DNA of 64,000 nt from Peptococcaceae bacterium (GTDB taxonomy: Bacteria; Bacillota; Peptococcia; DRI-13; PHAD01): NCBI GenBank assembly GCA_040767105.1, contig JAXGPE010000001.1:68562-132561 (forward strand), in the 5' to 3' direction. Shown piece by piece: positions 22,080 through 33,005 of this stretch. How positions within the stretch are numbered: position 1 is the stretch's first letter; each line of letters starts with the position of its first letter. The notes under the pieces are model-generated. The model worked only from the letters and a program-made list of their open reading frames with translations. It ran no database searches and was not told where the DNA came from. Made by a program: the position numbers and the translations under genes.

Positions 22080-23618
22080 TTGCTCCAGGAGCATGAACTG
22101 ATATTAGTACTGGATTTCGGAGGACAATATAATCACCTGATCGCCCGCAGGATCAGGGAACTGAATGTATTTTCGGAAATGATCCCGTATTATACCCCGA
22201 TTGAGGAGATAATATCCCGAAAACCAAAGGGGATAGTATTTTCAGGAGGGCCGTCGAGTGTTTATGCACAAAATGCACCGCTCGTCGACCAGCGCATTTT
22301 TGAAGCGGGTATACCTATTTTAGGTATATGCTACGGGATGCAGTTGATCGCATTTACTCACGGCGCTGACGTTCGCGAAGCAGGTAAACGCGAGTATGGA
22401 AAGGCGATAGTCGAAATCGATCCCCAAAGCAGATTGTTTTTTGGATTGCCACAGCAACAGCAATGCTGGATGAGTCACGGTGATTTCGTAGCAGGTATGC
22501 CTGAAGGATTTACAGCCTGTGCTAGTACTGGAGATACACCATATGCGGCATTTTCCAATGAAGAGAAAAAGCTGTATGGTGTCCAGTTCCATCCCGAAGT
22601 AAGACACACAGAATACGGGTTGGAGATATTAAGGCGCTTTTTAGTCGATGTATGTAAGTGTAGAGCAGAGTGGTCAATGGGTTCATTTGTTGATGAACAG
22701 ATCACCCTGATCCGTGAAGAGGTAGGTTCAAGGAAGGTATTATGCGCACTCAGCGGCGGAGTTGATTCTTCTGTCGCGGCAGTGTTGGTGCATAAAGCAG
22801 TTGGAGAACAACTCACATGTGTTTATGTTGACCACGGATTTATGCGAAAAGATGAGTCACTGCAGGTCAAAGAAACTTTCAGCGGCAAATTCGGTATCAA
22901 TCTGGTTTTTGTAGATGCTGCTGATCGTTTTATGGATAAAATAAACAAAGTATCAGAGCCGGAGAAAAAAAGAATACTTATCGGTAATGAATTTATCCGG
23001 GTTTTTGAAAAAGAGGCGGCTAAATTAGGGCAGATAGATTTTTTAGTTCAGGGAACGCTTTATCCGGATGTGATCGAAAGCGGTACCAGTACCGCTGAAA
23101 CAATTAAAACACATCACAATGTCGGGGGACTCCCTAAGGATATGAAATTTAAGCTTCTGGAACCACTGAGGCTTTTATATAAAGACGAAGTGCGTAAACT
23201 TGGCCGCGAATTAGGCTTGCCAGAAGAGATCGTTTCCAGACAGCCCTTCCCGGGACCGGGGCTTGCGATACGCATCATCGGTGAGATCACTTTAGAAAAG
23301 TTAAATATTTTACGCGAAGCCGACGCAATTGTTCGCGAAGAGATCAGTAAAGCATCGATACCAGAAATAATCTGGCAATATTTTGCTGTACTGCCCACTA
23401 TCCGCAGTGTAGGAGTAATGGGTGACGGGCGGACTTATGCTTATCCGATAATTATTCGGGCGGTAACAAGCGATGACGCAATGACGGCTGATTGGGCAAG
23501 ACTGCCCCATGATTTGCTTGGGCATATTTCCAACAGGATCGTAAACGAAGTGCCTCACGTCAACCGGGTCGTTTATGATATTACCTCAAAGCCTCCGGGG
23601 ACAATCGAGTGGGAATAA
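22080..23618 (+). CDS. guaA: glutamine-hydrolysing GMP synthase
   Basis: 512 aa. GATase motifs GICYGMQ and HPE, ATP-PPase SGGVDSSV, C-terminal [11 protein letters not shown] start. Confidence 0.96.
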   Translation: MLQEHELILVLDFGGQYNHLIARRIRELNVFSEMIPYYTPIEEIISRKPKGIVFSGGPSSVYAQNAPLVDQRIFEAGIPILGICYGMQLIAFTHGADVREAGKREYGKAIVEIDPQSRLFFGLPQQQQCWMSHGDFVAGMPEGFTACASTGDTPYAAFSNEEKKLYGVQFHPEVRHTEYGLEILRRFLVDVCKCRAEWSMGSFVDEQITLIREEVGSRKVLCALSGGVDSSVAAVLVHKAVGEQLTCVYVDHGFMRKDESLQVKETFSGKFGINLVFVDAADRFMDKINKVSEPEKKRILIGNEFIRVFEKEAAKLGQIDFLVQGTLYPDVIESGTSTAETIKTHHNVGGLPKDMKFKLLEPLRLLYKDEVRKLGRELGLPEEIVSRQPFPGPGLAIRIIGEITLEKLNILREADAIVREEISKASIPEIIWQYFAVLPTIRSVGVMGDGRTYAYPIIIRAVTSDDAMTADWARLPHDLLGHISNRIVNEVPHVNRVVYDITSKPPGTIEWE

Positions 23619-23668
23619 AGTGATCACGTGATCATACTTGGCGATCGCTTGTAAAGGAGATATCAGGA

Positions 23669-24967
23669 ATGTATTATGAGCAGGAATTTGAAACTATTTC
23701 ACGTAACGATTTAAAAAAACTGCAGCTTTCCAGACTGCGAGAGACCCTGGAAAGAGTCTACAACAGGGTGACTTATTATAAAAAGTCTTTTGATCAAAGG
23801 GGAATTAAACCGGATGATATCCGCTCATTGGAAGATTTGCAAAAAATCCCTTTTACCCTGAAGTCAGACTTGAGGGATAATTATCCGTTTAATCTTTTTG
23901 CCGTTCCGATGAATGAAGTCGTCCGGATACATGCTTCATCAGGAACAACTGGAAAACCCACGGTGGTCGGATATACAAAAAAAGATATCCAAACGTGGGC
24001 CGGCCTTATCGCTCGCTGTCTGGTCATTGCCGGCGGAGGCAAGGGAGATATCGTTCAAAATGCCTACGGATACGGACTTTTTACCGGCGGGTTGGGTATA
24101 CATTACGGTGCCGAACTCTTGGGTTCTGCAGTTGTTCCTGTTTCGGGAGGAAATTCGGCACGCCAATTGATGTTGATGAAGGATTTTGGTACGACGATTT
24201 TAACCTGTACTCCATCGTATGCGATGCTTTTAGCTGATGAGGGCAGGAATATGGGGATCGATTTTTCCAGCCTTCCGCTTAAAGCAGGAGTATTCGGAGC
24301 CGAACCATGGTCAAGAAACATGCAGAAGCAGCTTGAGCAAAAATTACAGATAACTGCGCTTGATGTGTATGGATTGAGCGAGGTCATGGGTCCGGGTGTG
24401 GCTATGGAATGCCAAGCACAGCAAGGCACTCACATTTTTGAGGATCATTTTATTGCCGAAATCATCGATCCTGATAGCGGAGAACCGCTGCCATTCGGAG
24501 AACAGGGCGAGCTGGTGCTCACTTCTTTAACCAAGGAAGCTTTCCCGATAGTACGTTACCGGACAAGGGATATAACATCGCTTAATCCTGAGCCTTGCTC
24601 CTGCGGACGCACTCATGTACGCATGCAACGTATCCGGGGGCGTTCAGACGATATGCTGATCATTCGAGGAGTAAATGTCTTCCCCTCTCAAATTGAAAGC
24701 ATCCTCCTTGAGTTTGGGGAAACCGAGCCTTATTATTTACTGGTCGTTGATCGGCAAAACTCGATGGATGATCTGGAAATACGCGTAGAGATATCTGCCC
24801 GACTGTTTAATGACCGGGTGAGGGACCTCGAAGGGTTGGAGGATCGCCTTCATTCTCGTATCAGCAGCGTACTTGGTATATCAGCACGAATAAAGCTGGT
24901 CGAACCTAATTCGATACCCCGAATTGAAGGCAAGGCCAAAAGAGTGGTTGACAAACGCGAAATATAA
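23669..24967 (+). CDS. paaK: phenylacetate-CoA ligase
   Basis: 432 aa. N-terminal [27 protein letters not shown]-binding [12 protein letters not shown]-terminal [12 protein letters not shown]. Confidence 0.88.
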   Translation: MYYEQEFETISRNDLKKLQLSRLRETLERVYNRVTYYKKSFDQRGIKPDDIRSLEDLQKIPFTLKSDLRDNYPFNLFAVPMNEVVRIHASSGTTGKPTVVGYTKKDIQTWAGLIARCLVIAGGGKGDIVQNAYGYGLFTGGLGIHYGAELLGSAVVPVSGGNSARQLMLMKDFGTTILTCTPSYAMLLADEGRNMGIDFSSLPLKAGVFGAEPWSRNMQKQLEQKLQITALDVYGLSEVMGPGVAMECQAQQGTHIFEDHFIAEIIDPDSGEPLPFGEQGELVLTSLTKEAFPIVRYRTRDITSLNPEPCSCGRTHVRMQRIRGRSDDMLIIRGVNVFPSQIESILLEFGETEPYYLLVVDRQNSMDDLEIRVEISARLFNDRVRDLEGLEDRLHSRISSVLGISARIKLVEPNSIPRIEGKAKRVVDKREI

Positions 24968-25010
24968 ATTTAAATAAATATTTATGGGCTTATAAAAGGA
25001 GGTCGCTGGA

Positions 25011-26254
25011 ATGAGTTTTAGTATGGCTGCTTCACATGCTATTGGGAAGGAAAAGATCCGGATGCTGTTTTTGCGGTACTGAATAAAGCAAATAACGCTA
25101 AGGCAAAATTAGGCAAAGAAAATGTGATCAATGGTTCGATAGGAGCGATTTTTGACGAAAACGAGCAATTTGCTGCTTTCCATGGTGTCAGTGAGCATCT
25201 GCGTAGACTTTCCGATGAAGAAATAATGAATTATGCTCCAATTTCAGGGCTGCCGGAATATTTACAGGCAGCGATCGATTACACATTTGGCAGGCACAAG
25301 CCGGAGCAAATGCATTTAAAAGCCGTGGCTACGCCAGGAGGAACAGGTGCGATACGACACGTTTTCTATAATTACCTTGAGCAGGGAGAAAAAGCGCTCA
25401 TACCTGACTGGTTCTGGGGCCCTTACAAGACGATCGCCAATGAGCATATGCGAGATATTGAAGCGTATTCCATGTTTGATGAAAATAATGATCCTACCCT
25501 GACCTCTTTAAAAGATAAGACATTGGATCTGCTCAAAAAACAAAACAGTCTGGTAACAGTATTCAACACCCCGGCACACAATCCGACCGGGTATAGCATG
25601 AAAATCGATGAGTGGAAGGAAATGCTCGATTTTTATAAAATATGCTCAGCTGATAAAAACAAAAAAATAGTATTACTGTTAGATATTGCTTATATAGATT
25701 ATGTAAATGATCCCGATGAAGCACGCAGCTTTATGAAATTATTTACTGCTCTACCGGAAAACATTTTAGTGACATTTGCTTTTAGCATGTCGAAGTCTTT
25801 TTTGCTCTACGGGATGCGCTCCGGCGCTTTGATCGGGCTTTCTTCCTCCGCGGAAGCAGCTGAAGAGTTTGCCCAAATAAACGCCTACTCCTCAAGAGGG
25901 GTATGGTCGAATGGGACCCGCTCTGCCCAGCGCCTGCTGGCTGACATCATGAAGGATGAAAAGCTTAAATCTGAAATAGACGCCGAAAGAAAACAACTTT
26001 CTCAATTGATACTTAAACGGGCTGATATTTTTGTTCGTGAAGCTAAAGAGGTTGGCTTAAAAATACTTCCGTATCATGGTGGCTTTTTTATCTCGGTCCC
26101 GGCACAAGATCCCAAAGCAGCTGCGGAAAAACTAATGGAAGACAACATTTTCATCGTGCCGCTGAAAAAAGGCCTGCGCTTTGCCATTTGTGCCTTACCC
26201 GCAAGCAAGATCCCCGGACTTGCCGCAAAAACTAAAAAGGCCATTGAATGTTAG
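25011..26254 (+). pseudogene. class I/II (aspartate/aromatic type) aminotransferase with an apparent frameshift near the 5' end
   Basis: Strong SD AAAGGAGG lies 7 nt before ATG 25011, but that frame stops at 25080-25082. The conserved body (KDPDAVFAVLNKANNAKAKLGKENVINGSIGAIFDE...; PLP-Lys region FSMSKSF) is open in the -1 frame from 25022. The tracked ORF starts only at GTG 25124. Confidence 0.8.
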
Positions 26255-26293
26255 ATCGTTTTTTCGAACTTCAATTGATTTTATGAAGTAAAA

Positions 26294-26349
26294 CATAAAA
26301 CCAGGGCTTTATGAAGTTTGCTGCAGCTTCATAAAGCCCTGGTTTTATG
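26294..26349. terminator. bidirectional terminator hairpin between convergent genes
   Basis: CATAAAACCAGGGCTTTATGAAG - 10-nt loop - CTTCATAAAGCCCTGGTTTTATG: a perfect 23-bp stem. Confidence 0.7.
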
Positions 26350-26367
26350 TCCGTATTTAGATGATGA

Positions 26368-26928
26368 TCAATAATATTCTTTGATAGACCCATCCGCAGA
26401 GAAAAGCGGAAGTTTTTCTATATAAATAATATCTTTTCTTTGCGCTGCTGCTCCCTCAGCTAAAACCGCCATTCTGCCGGCAACAATCCCGCCGGATTTT
26501 AAGACCAGATCCTCAAGAGCGGACATCGATTCCCCGGTGGAAATGACATCATCGATCAAAAGCATCCGCTTACCACTTATCATATCCGCATCGGCTTTAT
26601 CTAGAAACAGCTTTTGCGTGTGTTCTGTGGTTATAGAATTGACCTCAGTCTGGATGACTCCTCGCATATAAAGTTTAGGAGATTTGCGAATGACGAAGTA
26701 CTTGTTTTGGCCGCTTTGCCTTGCCATTTCGTGGATCAGAGGTATGCTCTTGGCTTCAAGAGTTATTAAATAATCGTGGGCAGGAGCCAATTCAAGTAGA
26801 GCTTTAGCACAGGTAACAGTCAGCTCAACATCACCAAGCAGGATAAATGCGGCAATATACAGTTTGTCATTAACGCGGCAGATAGGCAAATGCCTGTAAA
26901 GCTCAGAAATATGCAATGTATGATTCAT
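26368..26928 (-). CDS. type I phosphoribosyltransferase (Apt/COG0503-like purine PRT)
   Basis: 186 aa. PRPP-binding motif RMLLIDDVISTGESM. Directly downstream of a purine permease on the same strand. Confidence 0.78.
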   Translation of the reverse strand: MNHTLHISELYRHLPICRVNDKLYIAAFILLGDVELTVTCAKALLELAPAHDYLITLEAKSIPLIHEMARQSGQNKYFVIRKSPKLYMRGVIQTEVNSITTEHTQKLFLDKADADMISGKRMLLIDDVISTGESMSALEDLVLKSGGIVAGRMAVLAEGAAAQRKDIIYIEKLPLFSADGSIKEYY

Positions 26929-26949
26929 GTAAACAACTTCATTCCTTTG

Positions 26950-28368
26950 TTATATAATGGCTAAAACAATAAAATTGAAGATGAAGAGAAGCGTTGATAC
27001 CCAAATGATCGGGTGTACTTGGTTGAACTGCTTCTTGCAGATTTTGACGATACAATAGAAGATGAAGGCTGTAGCAATACCGTAGGATATACTGTAGCAC
27101 ATCGCCATAAAGATACCGGCGAAGAAAGCAGGGATAGCCTCTTCGATATCATTCCAAGGAATATCCGTAAAGGAAGCCAGCATCATTATACCAACAACTA
27201 TCAATGCAGGCGCTGTAGCAGCAGCTGGTACAACGCCGGCGATAGGGGAAATGACTATCGCAAGCAGAAAAAGGATCGCCGTAACAACGCTGGCCAAACC
27301 GGTGCGACCACCGGTGCTTATGCCGGCAGCACTTTCAACATAAGTGGTCGTATTTGATGTGCCGAAAAGTGCACCGATAGATGTGGCAATAGAGTCTGCG
27401 AATAAAGCTTTGTCCATTTTGGATTTAAAACCGGAGCTTTGCTCAAGAGTGGCTATATCGCTTTCGCTGAATATCCCGGTGCGACGACCGGTACCGATAA
27501 AAGTACCGATGGTGTCAAAAATGTCTGATAAACTGAAAGCAAATATCGTAATGATGACCAAGGGGATTTTCGCTGACTCAGAGAACAAAGAAGAAATCCC
27601 GGCACTGCTAAAGATTGACCCAAATACCGTTCCGAGTTCAGCAAAAGAAGTTCCGATATTGTTGGTCACTCCGATGGAAGAAATATCAACAACATGCATC
27701 GGTATACCGATGATCGTTGTGGCAATGATCCCGATCAGTATTGCTCCGCGAACTTTTAAGACCATCAATACAACCATTAGGACAAGGCCTATTATTGCCA
27801 AAAGTACAGTAGGACTATTTAGTGTTACAAGTCCGGGTACAGCCATCGAATTAGAAATGGCAGTTCCTCCGTCAAGCAGGATATAGTTGCCGGGATCGGA
27901 GGTAAATTGAAGCAACCCAGCATCTTTTACACCAATATATGCGATAAAAATACCTATCCCTCCGCCAATAGCACTTTGAAGAGATTTTGGTATAGCCTTG
28001 ATTATCGATTTGCGTATCTTTGTAACGGTGAGAATAATATTAATGATACCACAGATGAAAACCATAGAAAGGGCCTGCTGCCAAGAGAAGCCCAAGGCGA
28101 AACAGACCGTGTAAGTGAAGAAGGCGTTAAGTCCCATACCCGGGGCAAGTGCATAGGGAACATTGGCAAAGAGCCCCATGATAAGTGTTCCTATTGCCGC
28201 GGCGATTATTGTGGCAATGAAGACCGCTCCCCAAGGTATACCGGTTTGGGAAAGTATGGCGGGGTTGACAAAAATAATGTAGGACATCGCAAAAAATGTT
28301 GTAAATCCAGCAATTACTTCTGTGGAGACGTTAGTACCGTTTTCCTTCAAATTGAAAAACTTTTCCAT
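26950..28368 (-). CDS. NCS2 (AzgA/PbuG type) purine permease
   Basis: 472 aa, polytopic. N-terminal MEKFFNLKENGTNVSTEVIAGFTTFFAMSYIIFVNP is typical of adenine/guanine/hypoxanthine permeases. Confidence 0.88.
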   Translation of the reverse strand: MEKFFNLKENGTNVSTEVIAGFTTFFAMSYIIFVNPAILSQTGIPWGAVFIATIIAAAIGTLIMGLFANVPYALAPGMGLNAFFTYTVCFALGFSWQQALSMVFICGIINIILTVTKIRKSIIKAIPKSLQSAIGGGIGIFIAYIGVKDAGLLQFTSDPGNYILLDGGTAISNSMAVPGLVTLNSPTVLLAIIGLVLMVVLMVLKVRGAILIGIIATTIIGIPMHVVDISSIGVTNNIGTSFAELGTVFGSIFSSAGISSLFSESAKIPLVIITIFAFSLSDIFDTIGTFIGTGRRTGIFSESDIATLEQSSGFKSKMDKALFADSIATSIGALFGTSNTTTYVESAAGISTGGRTGLASVVTAILFLLAIVISPIAGVVPAAATAPALIVVGIMMLASFTDIPWNDIEEAIPAFFAGIFMAMCYSISYGIATAFIFYCIVKICKKQFNQVHPIIWVSTLLFIFNFIVLAII

Positions 28369-28724
28369 TTTTCAGATTTCCCCTTTCATTTTTTTCAAAC
28401 AAAAAGCACTGCCAACTGCAGAGTACCATATTTTCAAAGCAAGCTCAATAATTATATATGTTAAACGAAGGATCAAGAAAACACTTTTATAATTAAGTGT
28501 CATGAGTTGAAATATCTTGATATATTTTGAGGTTTAACTATGGGAAAACCTATCAATTGTAAAGAGATATTCAGGATACCCTTGCAATAATGGACAAAGT
28601 CTGGTTATATTTATTTAATAAACAGGCTGCTTTTTACAATGATAGGTGTTCAATATATCAATTTGGATAATGCTTGTTTTATTAAAATCTACTAAATCCA
28701 TTCATCTAAACAAGGGGGAGAATA

Positions 28725-29297
28725 ATGCAGAACAACACAGAAAATGAAGCTGCAGCAAAAGATGTTTCAACAGGAAAACCATTCCCAAAAAAACTGGCCA
28801 GGATTTTAGTCCCAATATTGATCGTAGTTATTATTGGATCTATTTGGATATTAAAAAAATCTGATTCACAGGAGAATCCTTTCGCAACAAACAACCATGA
28901 TTTTGATTTGATAGCACAGGAAGGCTTCGATATTGTGAATATGGTTGACTACGGACTGCCTATGATCATTGATTTTGGGTCCGATTTCTGCGCGCCATGC
29001 ATAGAAATGAAGCCAATCCTGCAGGAGCTGAATAAGAAGTATCGCGGGAAGGTCATCATCAAGTATGTCGACGTTTATGAATTTGAGAAGTTCACAAAGT
29101 ATTATCCGGTCACCATTCTTCCAACACAGGTATTTATTGATGCTGACGGGACAGCTTTTGCTCCTGAAGAACTTGATGCGTATGACATGAAAGCTTATGT
29201 AAAGCAATCGACCGGGGAACTTGTTTTTACGACTCATGAAGGATTTTTGTCCAAAGAAGAAATGGAAAAAATCATTGAAGAAATGTTAGAGAATTAA
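28725..29297 (+). CDS. membrane-anchored thioredoxin-family protein
   Basis: 190 aa. N-terminal TM helix and redox motif DFGSDFCAPCIEMKP (CxxC). Followed by ccdA. Confidence 0.8.
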   Translation: MQNNTENEAAAKDVSTGKPFPKKLARILVPILIVVIIGSIWILKKSDSQENPFATNNHDFDLIAQEGFDIVNMVDYGLPMIIDFGSDFCAPCIEMKPILQELNKKYRGKVIIKYVDVYEFEKFTKYYPVTILPTQVFIDADGTAFAPEELDAYDMKAYVKQSTGELVFTTHEGFLSKEEMEKIIEEMLEN

Positions 29298-29998
29298 TGC
29301 AGACAGTAATTGATCAAGCATTGATGAGCATTTCCAATTCCATGAACTCTTATGGGTGGTTAGTCCCTATCTTAGCCTTGCTGGCTGGGATACTGACATC
29401 CTTTACTCCATGTTCTTTAAGCAGCATTCCTCTTATTATCGGATATGTTTCAGGAGCAAGTGAAAAGAATATTAAGAAGGCATTGAGGCTTTCACTTGTT
29501 TTTTCTGCTGGCATGGCAGTAACTTTTACTGTATTGGGAACACTGGCATCTCTTTTGGGTATGCTTTTTATGACGGTGGGCCCCTGGTGGTACATACTGC
29601 TAGGGATAATGATGCTTCTAATGGCCTTGCAGACATGGGGAGTTTACGATTTTATCCCTTCTACATATGCGATCACAAAAAATAAACGCCGGGGATATAT
29701 TGGTGCTTTTTTAGCTGGCATCCTGGGTGGGCTGTTTTCTACTCCCTGTGCCACACCAGTTCTGATTGCCCTGTTGGCCTTTGTCGCACAGGAAGGAAAT
29801 TTGTTGCGCGGAGTCGTTCTTTTACTTATTTTTTCTGTTGGACGCAGCTTTTTAGTGATATTGATAGGGACTTCAATAGGTCTGGCCCAAAAAATATCTT
29901 CCAGCAGCGGATACGGGAAAATAAGCATTGCTGTCCGACTTTTTTTAGGTTCAGTTATCGCGCTTTTAGCCTTTTATCTATTCTATCTGGGATTTTAG
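29297..29998 (+). CDS. ccdA: cytochrome c biogenesis protein CcdA (DsbD-family thiol-disulfide transporter)
   Basis: 233 aa, 6 TM. Conserved Cys contexts SFTPCSLSS and FSTPCATPVL. ATG overlaps the stop of the thioredoxin-like gene. Confidence 0.85.
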   Translation: MQTVIDQALMSISNSMNSYGWLVPILALLAGILTSFTPCSLSSIPLIIGYVSGASEKNIKKALRLSLVFSAGMAVTFTVLGTLASLLGMLFMTVGPWWYILLGIMMLLMALQTWGVYDFIPSTYAITKNKRRGYIGAFLAGILGGLFSTPCATPVLIALLAFVAQEGNLLRGVVLLLIFSVGRSFLVILIGTSIGLAQKISSSSGYGKISIAVRLFLGSVIALLAFYLFYLGF

Positions 29999-30043
29999 TA
30001 TTGAAATAAGTCTGTTAAAACTGAAATTTAAATGGAGGAAGCG

Positions 30044-31036
30044 ATGGCGATATTGGTTACCGGTGGTGCCGGATATATTGGCGCACACACTGTTTTAGAG
30101 TTGCGAAGGAGAAAATATAAAACAGTCGTAATTGATGATCTGAGCGAAGGTCATCGCCAAGCCGTCGAGGGCGTCCCGCTGGTGGTGGGTGACATTCGAG
30201 ACCAAGAATTGACCGGGTGGGTGATGAGCAAATTTGCTGTGGAGGCGATCGTGCATTTTGCGGCGAACAGTATTGTGAGTGAATCGATGGAGGACCCCCG
30301 TAAGTATTATGAGAACAATATAGGCGGCACAATGAGTCTGATGCAAAGTGTTCTTAAAAAAGGCATCAAAAAAATCGTCTTCTCTTCGACAGCGGCGGTT
30401 TACGGAGAAGCCACACATGATCTTATAACCGAAGAATCACCGAAGCAGCCGACTAACGTATATGGCAGAACAAAACTATTTATAGAGGATATGCTTTTTG
30501 ACTATAGCCGGGCTTACGGAATCAAATGTATTTGTCTGCGCTATTTCAATGCTTGTGGTGCAGACTGTGAAGGAAATATTGGTGAGGATCACGAACCGGA
30601 AACACACCTGATCCCGATCGTGCTATCGGCAGCCCAAGGCAAAATCAAAAAGGTCATGATTTACGGAACAGACTATCCAACTCCTGACGGTACATGTATC
30701 CGGGATTATATCCACGTCAGCGATCTTGCCCGGGCACACGTTTTGGCTTTGGAAGCTCTTGATAAGGGGCTGGAGTCAAGAGCATACAATTTAGGTACCG
30801 GACACGGCTTCTCCGTTAGAGAAGTTATCAGCAAAGCGGAAGAAGTTACCGGGCAGAGAATAAAAACGATCGAGTCAGACCGCCGCAGGGGCGATCCGCC
30901 GATCCTCGTGGCTTCACCCGCAAAAATATACAATGAATTGGGTTGGGAAGCCAGACACAGAGATTTGAAAGAAATAATTGTCACAGCCTGGAAATGGCAT
31001 AGTATACATCCGACTGGATTCAAAAAAGGCAAATGA
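30044..31036 (+). CDS. galE: UDP-glucose 4-epimerase
   Basis: MAILVTGGAGYIGAH Rossmann motif, SSTAAVYG, YGRTKLFIE (YxxxK), DGTCIRDYIHV. Start moved to ATG 30044 after GGAGGAAG. Confidence 0.92.
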   Translation: MAILVTGGAGYIGAHTVLELRRRKYKTVVIDDLSEGHRQAVEGVPLVVGDIRDQELTGWVMSKFAVEAIVHFAANSIVSESMEDPRKYYENNIGGTMSLMQSVLKKGIKKIVFSSTAAVYGEATHDLITEESPKQPTNVYGRTKLFIEDMLFDYSRAYGIKCICLRYFNACGADCEGNIGEDHEPETHLIPIVLSAAQGKIKKVMIYGTDYPTPDGTCIRDYIHVSDLARAHVLALEALDKGLESRAYNLGTGHGFSVREVISKAEEVTGQRIKTIESDRRRGDPPILVASPAKIYNELGWEARHRDLKEIIVTAWKWHSIHPTGFKKGK

Positions 31037-31051
31037 AGGGAAGAATCAAAA

Positions 31052-31932
31052 TTGAAGATACGCAAGGCCGTTATACCGGCGGGCTTGGGGACAAGATTTC
31101 TACCCGCGACAAAAGCTCAGCCCAAAGAGATGCTGCCTATCGTTGATAAGCCGACTATCCAATACATAGTTGAAGAAGCGGTCCAATCGGGATCGAGGAT
31201 ATAGTAATAATAACAGGCCGCGGAAAAACTGCAATTGAAGATCATTTCGATAAATCATATGAATTGGAAAGCGTACTTGATGTTAAAGATAAAAAGCAAT
31301 TACTTCTCCAGGTGGAAGGAATATCTAATTTGGCATCGATATATTATGTCCGGCAAAAAGAACCGCTTGGATTAGGCCACGCGATTTGGTGCGCACGCAG
31401 TTTTATCGGCGAAGAACCCTTTGCTGTTCTTCTGGGGGATGATATTGTTGTATCCAGGACTCCCTGCCTGCAACAAATGATTGAGGTTTATGACCGTGAA
31501 AAAAGTGCGCTGATCGGTGTGCGCAAAGTAGAAAAAAACGAGACAGACAAGTATGGCATAATATGGCCCGAGTCTATCAAATCTGAAAATTTAATTGAGG
31601 TCAAAGATTTGATCGAAAAACCATCAATCGAAAAAGCTCCTTCAAATTTGGCTATTATGGGCAGGTATATTTTACCCCCGAAGATATTTGATATCATTGA
31701 GAAAATAACACCGGGCCATGGCGGAGAGATACAGCTGACCGATGCTTTGCGTATACTGAAAATGAGCCAACGGATCTTAGCGTACGAATTTGAAGGAACG
31801 TGTTACGATGTTGGCGATAAATTCGGATATATCAAAGCTACTCTGGAGATAGCCCTGCGCCGTGATGATCTGCACAAAAAAGTCAAAACCTATCTTGGAG
31901 ATCTGGCTCAAAGGGGGTTTGAATTGGAGTGA
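31052..31932 (+). pseudogene. galU: UTP-glucose-1-phosphate uridylyltransferase, apparent single-base frameshift
   Basis: From TTG 31052: [43 protein letters not shown], then stop at 31202-31204. The continuation [29 protein letters not shown]...EPLGLGHAIWCA...LLGDD reads in the -1 frame from 31192. The junction TCGGGATCGAGG is best explained by one lost base (GGA ATC). Confidence 0.87.
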
Positions 31933-32879
31933 CACCGAAAGATCGCGCAGCGTATTTAGTGACCGGTGGTGCAGGTTTTATCGGAGCTAATTGTGTAGGA
32001 TATCTTTTGAAAAATGATTGTCGAGTACGAGTGATCGATAATCTTTCGACGGGTAAAATCGAAAACATCAAAGAATATTTGCCATATATTGAATTTATAG
32101 AAGCGGATGTAGCAGACAAAAAGGCTGTAAACTCCGCAACTGAGGATATGGATTACATCTTACATCTTGCAGCTATACCTTCCGTCCAATATTCGATTGA
32201 AGATCCGGAAAAGGCAAATCAAAGCATGGTCACAGCAACAGTAGCTTTACTAAAGGCTGCTGCAGCAAGAAAAAAGATAAAAAGAGTTGTTCAGGCAACA
32301 TCTGCGGCGGCCTATGGGGATGGAGCGGAACTGCCCAAAAAAGAAGACATGCTTCCAGCGCCGCGTTCTCCTTATGCTGCTGCAAAACTGAGTCAGGAGT
32401 TCTACGCATATGCATTTGCTAATGCATATGGTTTGAAGGTCCACTCACTGCGGTTTTTTAATGTATACGGCCCGAAGCAGGATCCATCATCTCCGTACTC
32501 AGGAGTGATTTCAATATTTATAAACAAAATAATATCCGGAGAGTCACCGATTATTTATGGTGATGGAAAAAACACCAGGGATTTTGTGCATGTCAATGAT
32601 GCTGTCCGGGCGCTGGAATTGGCCTGCAGCTCACCTTGGCATGGCCAAAGCGAGATAATCAATATAGGGACTGGCTCCGAAACAAGCTTGAACCAGCTTC
32701 TTGATACGCTGAATTCCATTGCGCCGAAACGTGTGGAGGCGGTCTATCAAGCAGCTCGTTCGGGAGATGTTCGATACTCTTATGCTGATATATCCAAAGC
32801 CAGATCATTGATAGGTTACGAACCTAAAATAAGCATTGAAGAGGGTTTAGGAAATCTGTTCGAATATGTAGCCAAATAA
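31929..32879 (+). CDS. NAD-dependent nucleotide-sugar epimerase/dehydratase (SDR family)
   Basis: 316 aa. VTGGAGFIGAN, YAAAKLSQE (YxxxK), TRDFVHVND. GTGA overlap with galU. Confidence 0.85.
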   Translation: MTPKDRAAYLVTGGAGFIGANCVGYLLKNDCRVRVIDNLSTGKIENIKEYLPYIEFIEADVADKKAVNSATEDMDYILHLAAIPSVQYSIEDPEKANQSMVTATVALLKAAAARKKIKRVVQATSAAAYGDGAELPKKEDMLPAPRSPYAAAKLSQEFYAYAFANAYGLKVHSLRFFNVYGPKQDPSSPYSGVISIFINKIISGESPIIYGDGKNTRDFVHVNDAVRALELACSSPWHGQSEIINIGTGSETSLNQLLDTLNSIAPKRVEAVYQAARSGDVRYSYADISKARSLIGYEPKISIEEGLGNLFEYVAK

Positions 32880-33005
32880 TATGCACAGTAATCTTTGCGT
32901 GGCCCATGATTCTCATATAAATTTAATAATAAAAGGGTACAATGCGTAAAGAACCGGCGACAGCGGTCCCCTGTTCTTAATACAAAAAACCGAAGGTGCA
33001 TAAAG

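Noticed and set aside
25040-25060. Programmed -1 ribosomal frameshift in the aminotransferase
   Set aside because: G GAA AAG is not a canonical X XXY YYZ slippery heptamer: the P-site codon would mispair after slipping. No downstream structure is evident, and the same type of break occurs in unrelated genes.
27344-28464. Plus-strand ORFs of 180 and 185 aa
   Set aside because: Antisense to the NCS2 permease. No SD and no recognisable domains.
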